DNA of 64,000 bases from Octopus bimaculoides (lineage: Eukaryota): positions 21,514,997-21,578,996 of the forward strand of contig NC_069000.1 in NCBI RefSeq assembly GCF_001194135.2, written 5' to 3'. This document shows positions 59,830-64,000 of this stretch, piece after piece (position 1 is the stretch's first letter; each line of letters opens with the position of its first letter). The translations under genes and the position numbers were made by a program. The notes beneath the pieces are model-generated. The model did no database searches. It had not been told where the DNA came from and saw nothing but the letters and a program-made list of their open reading frames with translations.

Positions 59830-61100
59830 TATGGTTTTTTTTTTCTGTGCTTGCATGAGTTTGGTGGATATTCTCTAGTACAGCTTTTAGCCATTTGTCA
59901 CAATCCTTTGTGACCTCAAAAAAACTCAAGCAAAGACTTAAGTTATAGACTATAACTTCAGTCTTTGCTTGAGTTTTTTTTTGAGGTCTCTCAGTTCTTG
60001 GTACTGTTTGAAGTTTGAGATTTATTCTCTAAGTCTTTGACAGATTTAGCTATTAGGTGTTTCTATAGACAGCCTGCCTCAAACTTCTCCCTTTTTATAA
60101 CCTGGAAGACTATAATAAACAAGAGTGGGCTGAGAACTGAGCCCTGATAGACACCAACCTACATGATAAATTCTGACTGAACCCATTACTAACTCTCACT
60201 TGGCTCTGTACATATGTACACAGCTTATTTGTCTTCTCTTAGTATTCTTAGTGACCTCCAGATGACAGTGGCTTTCACTTAGCTAAGTACTTCACCTGCA
60301 GTTGTCTCACTAGGAAAAAGAGCATTTGTAATACTTTATCCTAGCACAACACCCGAACTGCATCTCATCTAGATGAATAATTCTCTTCCTAATTCTTTTG
60401 CTTATTTTCATAACTTTATCTTTCAATTTGATGCCTCTGTAATTGTGTCTTCCAGAGCATCATCTTTGCTCTTGTAGCAGTTGATAATGTTACTGCTACA
60501 TCAGCCATTTGTATGGCACCTTCCTATACTACTTGATTGATTATATATATGACTACCATGTGCCTTATCTTGCCAGATATTTTCAACACCCCACCAACTA
60601 TCCCTGATGATCCTGTAACTTTCCTTGCCTTTTTCTTAATTGCACTTTTAAATGTGCAGCTTTAATGGCTAGTCACAGTTGGTCTACTTCTTTAGATCCA
60701 CTCTCCTGTATTCTTCTCATTCAACATCCTCTTGTAGTAGCATTTCCAACCTACTTATCTTTTCATATCAATGAGGGCAAGTATATAGTTCATTCTACAT
60801 TCAGTTCTCTCCAACAATATCTCAAGTCACTTTTGTACACTATTTTGCAGTCTGGAACACTTCAGGCCTTTGATTTAACATTGGTTAACCTCTTACTTTT
60901 AGTTTCTCCTCTTGCTAATTGTACCTGGCCTCTAGCTTTTCTTTTAGGTATATTTTTGTTCTCTGCCATATTGTTCGTTGAGTGCTACTTTCTTCCAATT
61001 TTTCCATATTTGTCTTTTAGCTTTTCTAACCCCATATACTGTGTAATTCCTCCATCTTGTCACTTGTCTAGCTGGAATTTTGCCTCAACCTCATATCAGG
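59830..61100 (-). mobile_element. Old RTE-LINE fragment (endonuclease-RT linker region)
   Basis: Similar to 51500-52350 in sequence and composition; multiple stops. Boundaries are approximate. Confidence 0.55.
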
Positions 61101-62523
61101 CCTGTTGCTCCAGCAGCTGACTGTCTTGTATGTATGTGTGTAGGTGCAGGCATAGCTGCATGGAGAGAAGTTTGCTACCCAACCACATGATTCCAGATTC
61201 AGCTCCACTGCGTGGGACCTTTGGCAAGTGTCTTCAACTGTAATCTCAAGCCAACCGAAGTCTTGTGAGTGGATTTGGTAGACAGAAACTAAAAAAAGGC
61301 TCTCATATATGTGTGTGGGTGTAGCGTGTGTGTTACTGTCTCTTGACTTCACATGACAGTTGTAAATGAAAGTCACCATCATGCAAGCAGTGTTGTTTCC
61401 AAATTCCGTGGAAACGTCTGATCAGGAGAAATAGGTGGGGGTTGGTGTCAGGAAGATCATCCAGCCATAGAAAATCCATCTTGATAAATTCTGTATGACC
61501 CATGCAAGCATGGAAAAATGGAGAAGAGGACATTAAAATGATGATGATAATGATATGTACATGTGTTGAAGACATAACTGTTCAAGTTTAATCTTTTTTA
61601 TTAATGATTTTTCAAATTTCTCTACTAGTCCTTTATGTTTAGTATGAAACTAAGTCCATTAACATTTCAAGACTTTCACTGTCTCATCTTCTGAATGAAG
61701 TGGTGATAGTAGAATCTTATTGCCACATTTTTGTTATATGCATTAAGAGATCATATGAATGCTGGTATAACTAATTAAAACATGATTGTCAGATATAGAT
61801 CTGTTTAAGAGTGAAATCCAGGTTATTTTTGTTGCTTATTTCACTTGTGCTGTGTTAGTTTGATCTTTTTGTTCTTATTTTTCTATTGATAAAGCTTCTA
61901 CTGCTAACCTTCTGGCTTTTCTTTTTTTAGAGATCCTATATACGCAGTGTTGCTATCCTTTTTTTTTTTTGTGCTGTAATGGCTCGTTGTAAAAGAGTAG
62001 TAACTGCTGAGAAAAAGATGTAACCATTATGCAAAGAATCTTGCTTAGAAAGTTTCTGTTGACCTGCATATCTGAAGTTCCCTTCCTTCTCTTCTATTGT
62101 CCACAAGGTAATATATACACACAGAGAATGGAGTGGTCATTATTCTCCAATTGGGTCCACATTTGCAGTTTTCTGCATGGCTAGCATTGATAAAAATGAC
62201 CTCATTGCATACACCCACATGTTGATGTATTTAATGTGACAAGATTTGGAAGAATAGGCAGATTCACTCAAGGATCTTTTTAAATATTTCAAAATATCAA
62301 ATTTGCCATTCAAAGTAGTTCCAGCATAAGTTTGGACCACAACACCGTTCCATTTCTGGCCATGAATGTAGGAATAAGGAACAATTCATGTAGCACTTTA
62401 GATGGCAGGAATCAAAATGCTTATATATGTGTGAGGTTAGTAGTGGCTATCTTTACATAGATATCCAATGTCTTGTGAAACTCTACTGAGTTGGTCAATT
62501 TACATCTACAAATGAAACTTTAA

Positions 62524-62733
62524 CCCTTTAGTACTTAAACTGGCCACATCTAGCCCAAATATTCTATCTGTTTTACTGACTAGATTCAGCCTCTCACGCC
62601 TACCATGTAATGTCATTCTAAAAATAAAGTGTCACATCATTGAAATCACAAAGTTGTGAAATAATGCATGGTTGATTCAAAACAATGTGAATAAATAAGC
62701 ATTTCTTTTGACAGTAATCTGAATGCTAGTGGG
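62524..62733. mobile_element. piggyBac-type MITE, reverse orientation
   Basis: TTAA|CCCTTTAG ... GAATGCTAGTGGG|ATAA. Confidence 0.75.
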
Positions 62734-63630
62734 ATAAATAAGGAAATTGGTTTCAAAATTTGGCCCAAGGACAGTAATTTCAGGGAGGGTTTAACTCAAC
62801 TACTTCAACCCCAGTGTTCAGCTGGTATCTGTTTTATCAACCCTGAAAAGATAAAAGGCAAAGTCAACCTTGGTGGAATTTGAACTCAGAACGTAAAGAC
62901 AGATGAAATACTGCTAAGCATTTTGCCCAGCATGGTAATAATTCTGCCAGCTCACAGCCTTTAAAGAGATAAATAAGGATATTATAAGCTAATCATTTGA
63001 CATTTGATAACAGATGCTTGAACATGAGTAAACCAAGCTGTAGGGCAATAAAAGAACAGATTTTAGTCCCCCACACATGCAACAGATACACCAGCTAGTA
63101 AAACACAGAGACCATACCTACAGTTGACTACATGAACCAAATGTATCCTGTTATACAATGGATTATAAAATCCTCATAGAACATGTATCTCAGCTAACCC
63201 TAAATGAATGCACTATATTGCCAAAGACAAATTAAAAATCTTATCAATGTGAAGCCACAAACCTGCAAACCACCTGTAATATGAAAATCGATATAATATA
63301 CTACTTTTTATACGGGCATGACTGTTGTAAACTTTATAATTCAAGCTGTTACAATGGACGCACAAGTACACTTTCTCATTGGTTGACTATGTATTTATGA
63401 AGAGAAACTATTAAAATACTTACGAATATAGAACGTGAAACAAAAACAAAATGAGATAGAAAAACATTAGAAGATTATACTTTCCTCCTATATAGAATTG
63501 AATAAGAAAAAAGAAAAAACAATTTAGATTAGCTATGGAAGCTTTATTAATACCAAAATATAAATTAATAATAAACACACACACTGTAAAACGTGACAAT
63601 CACATTGTGGAAGTCATTTTTGCCATCTAA

Positions 63631-63810
63631 CCCTTTAGCATTCAGATTACTCTGTCAAATGTAATGGTTATTTTATTCACATTGTTTTGAATTAATCATG
63701 CATTAACCTCATAGCTTTGAGATTTTGATAATGTGACTGTTTATCTTTAGAATGACATTGTAGGATAGTTGTGAGGTAGTTATATTCTGGCCAGTTTAAA
63801 TGCTCTAGAG
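63631..63810. mobile_element. piggyBac-type MITE with internal deletion
   Basis: CTAA|CCCTTTAGCATT ... AATGCTCTAGAG|TTAA. Confidence 0.75.
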
Positions 63811-63819
63811 TTAAAAATA

Positions 63820-64000
63820 CACGATTTTAGTCCTTGCTTCCACACCTGAAACTTCTCTTCTAGTTCTGATAGTGACTCAGCAATTAGAGCAAGGTCATCA
63901 GCATAGAGGAGCTCCCAGGGGCATCCTGTCTTGAACTCCTGTGTTATTGCCTGGAGGACTGTGATAAACAGGAGGGGGCTGAGGACTGAAAGATACATAT
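63820..64000 (-). mobile_element. RTE-LINE reverse transcriptase fragment (YADD catalytic motif)
   Basis: VLSPLLFITVLQAITQEFKTGCPWELLYADDLALIAESLSELEEKFQVWKQGL. Confidence 0.9.

Noticed and set aside
61931-62023. RSYIRSVAILFFFCAVMARCKR... after a good acceptor, as the last exon
   Set aside because: Only about 13 hydrophobic residues, built on a poly-T run, with no resemblance to the nicastrin TM or tail; not fully excluded.

Overview
AT-rich, repeat-dense animal genomic DNA with several N gaps. The SINE/LINE families and microsatellite load point to a coleoid cephalopod, probably Octopus (inference). The window is dominated by one + strand gene, nicastrin (gamma-secretase subunit). I reconstructed 13 well-supported internal coding exons between 19492 and 57051 with GT-AG junctions and consistent phases (motifs RRLNATHQIGC, GEAFDYIGS, LPPSS, YYNSMFD, SPAF, TWTES), plus a candidate signal-peptide exon at 8588-8666, 677 codons in all. 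The final transmembrane exon was not found and probably lies beyond 64000. The rest is transposon-derived: a degenerate maT/mariner copy, a CpG-decayed tRNA-Asn pseudogene, many tRNA-derived SINEs, hAT/piggyBac/mariner MITEs, and Tx1-, RTE- and Penelope-like LINE remnants. The most interesting signals are: (1) a young RTE-type LINE with a PHD finger inserted inside its reverse transcriptase and a 62-66 bp VNTR in its 3' UTR; (2) inverted repeats placed to fold the nicastrin pre-mRNA (circRNA or ADAR substrates); (3) possible alternative ends of nicastrin (signal-less first exon, intronic poly(A) site, soluble ectodomain splice form); (4) an intact triple C2H2-finger cassette. I see no convincing evidence of a wholly new multi-gene system. 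All alignments and identities were made by eye.
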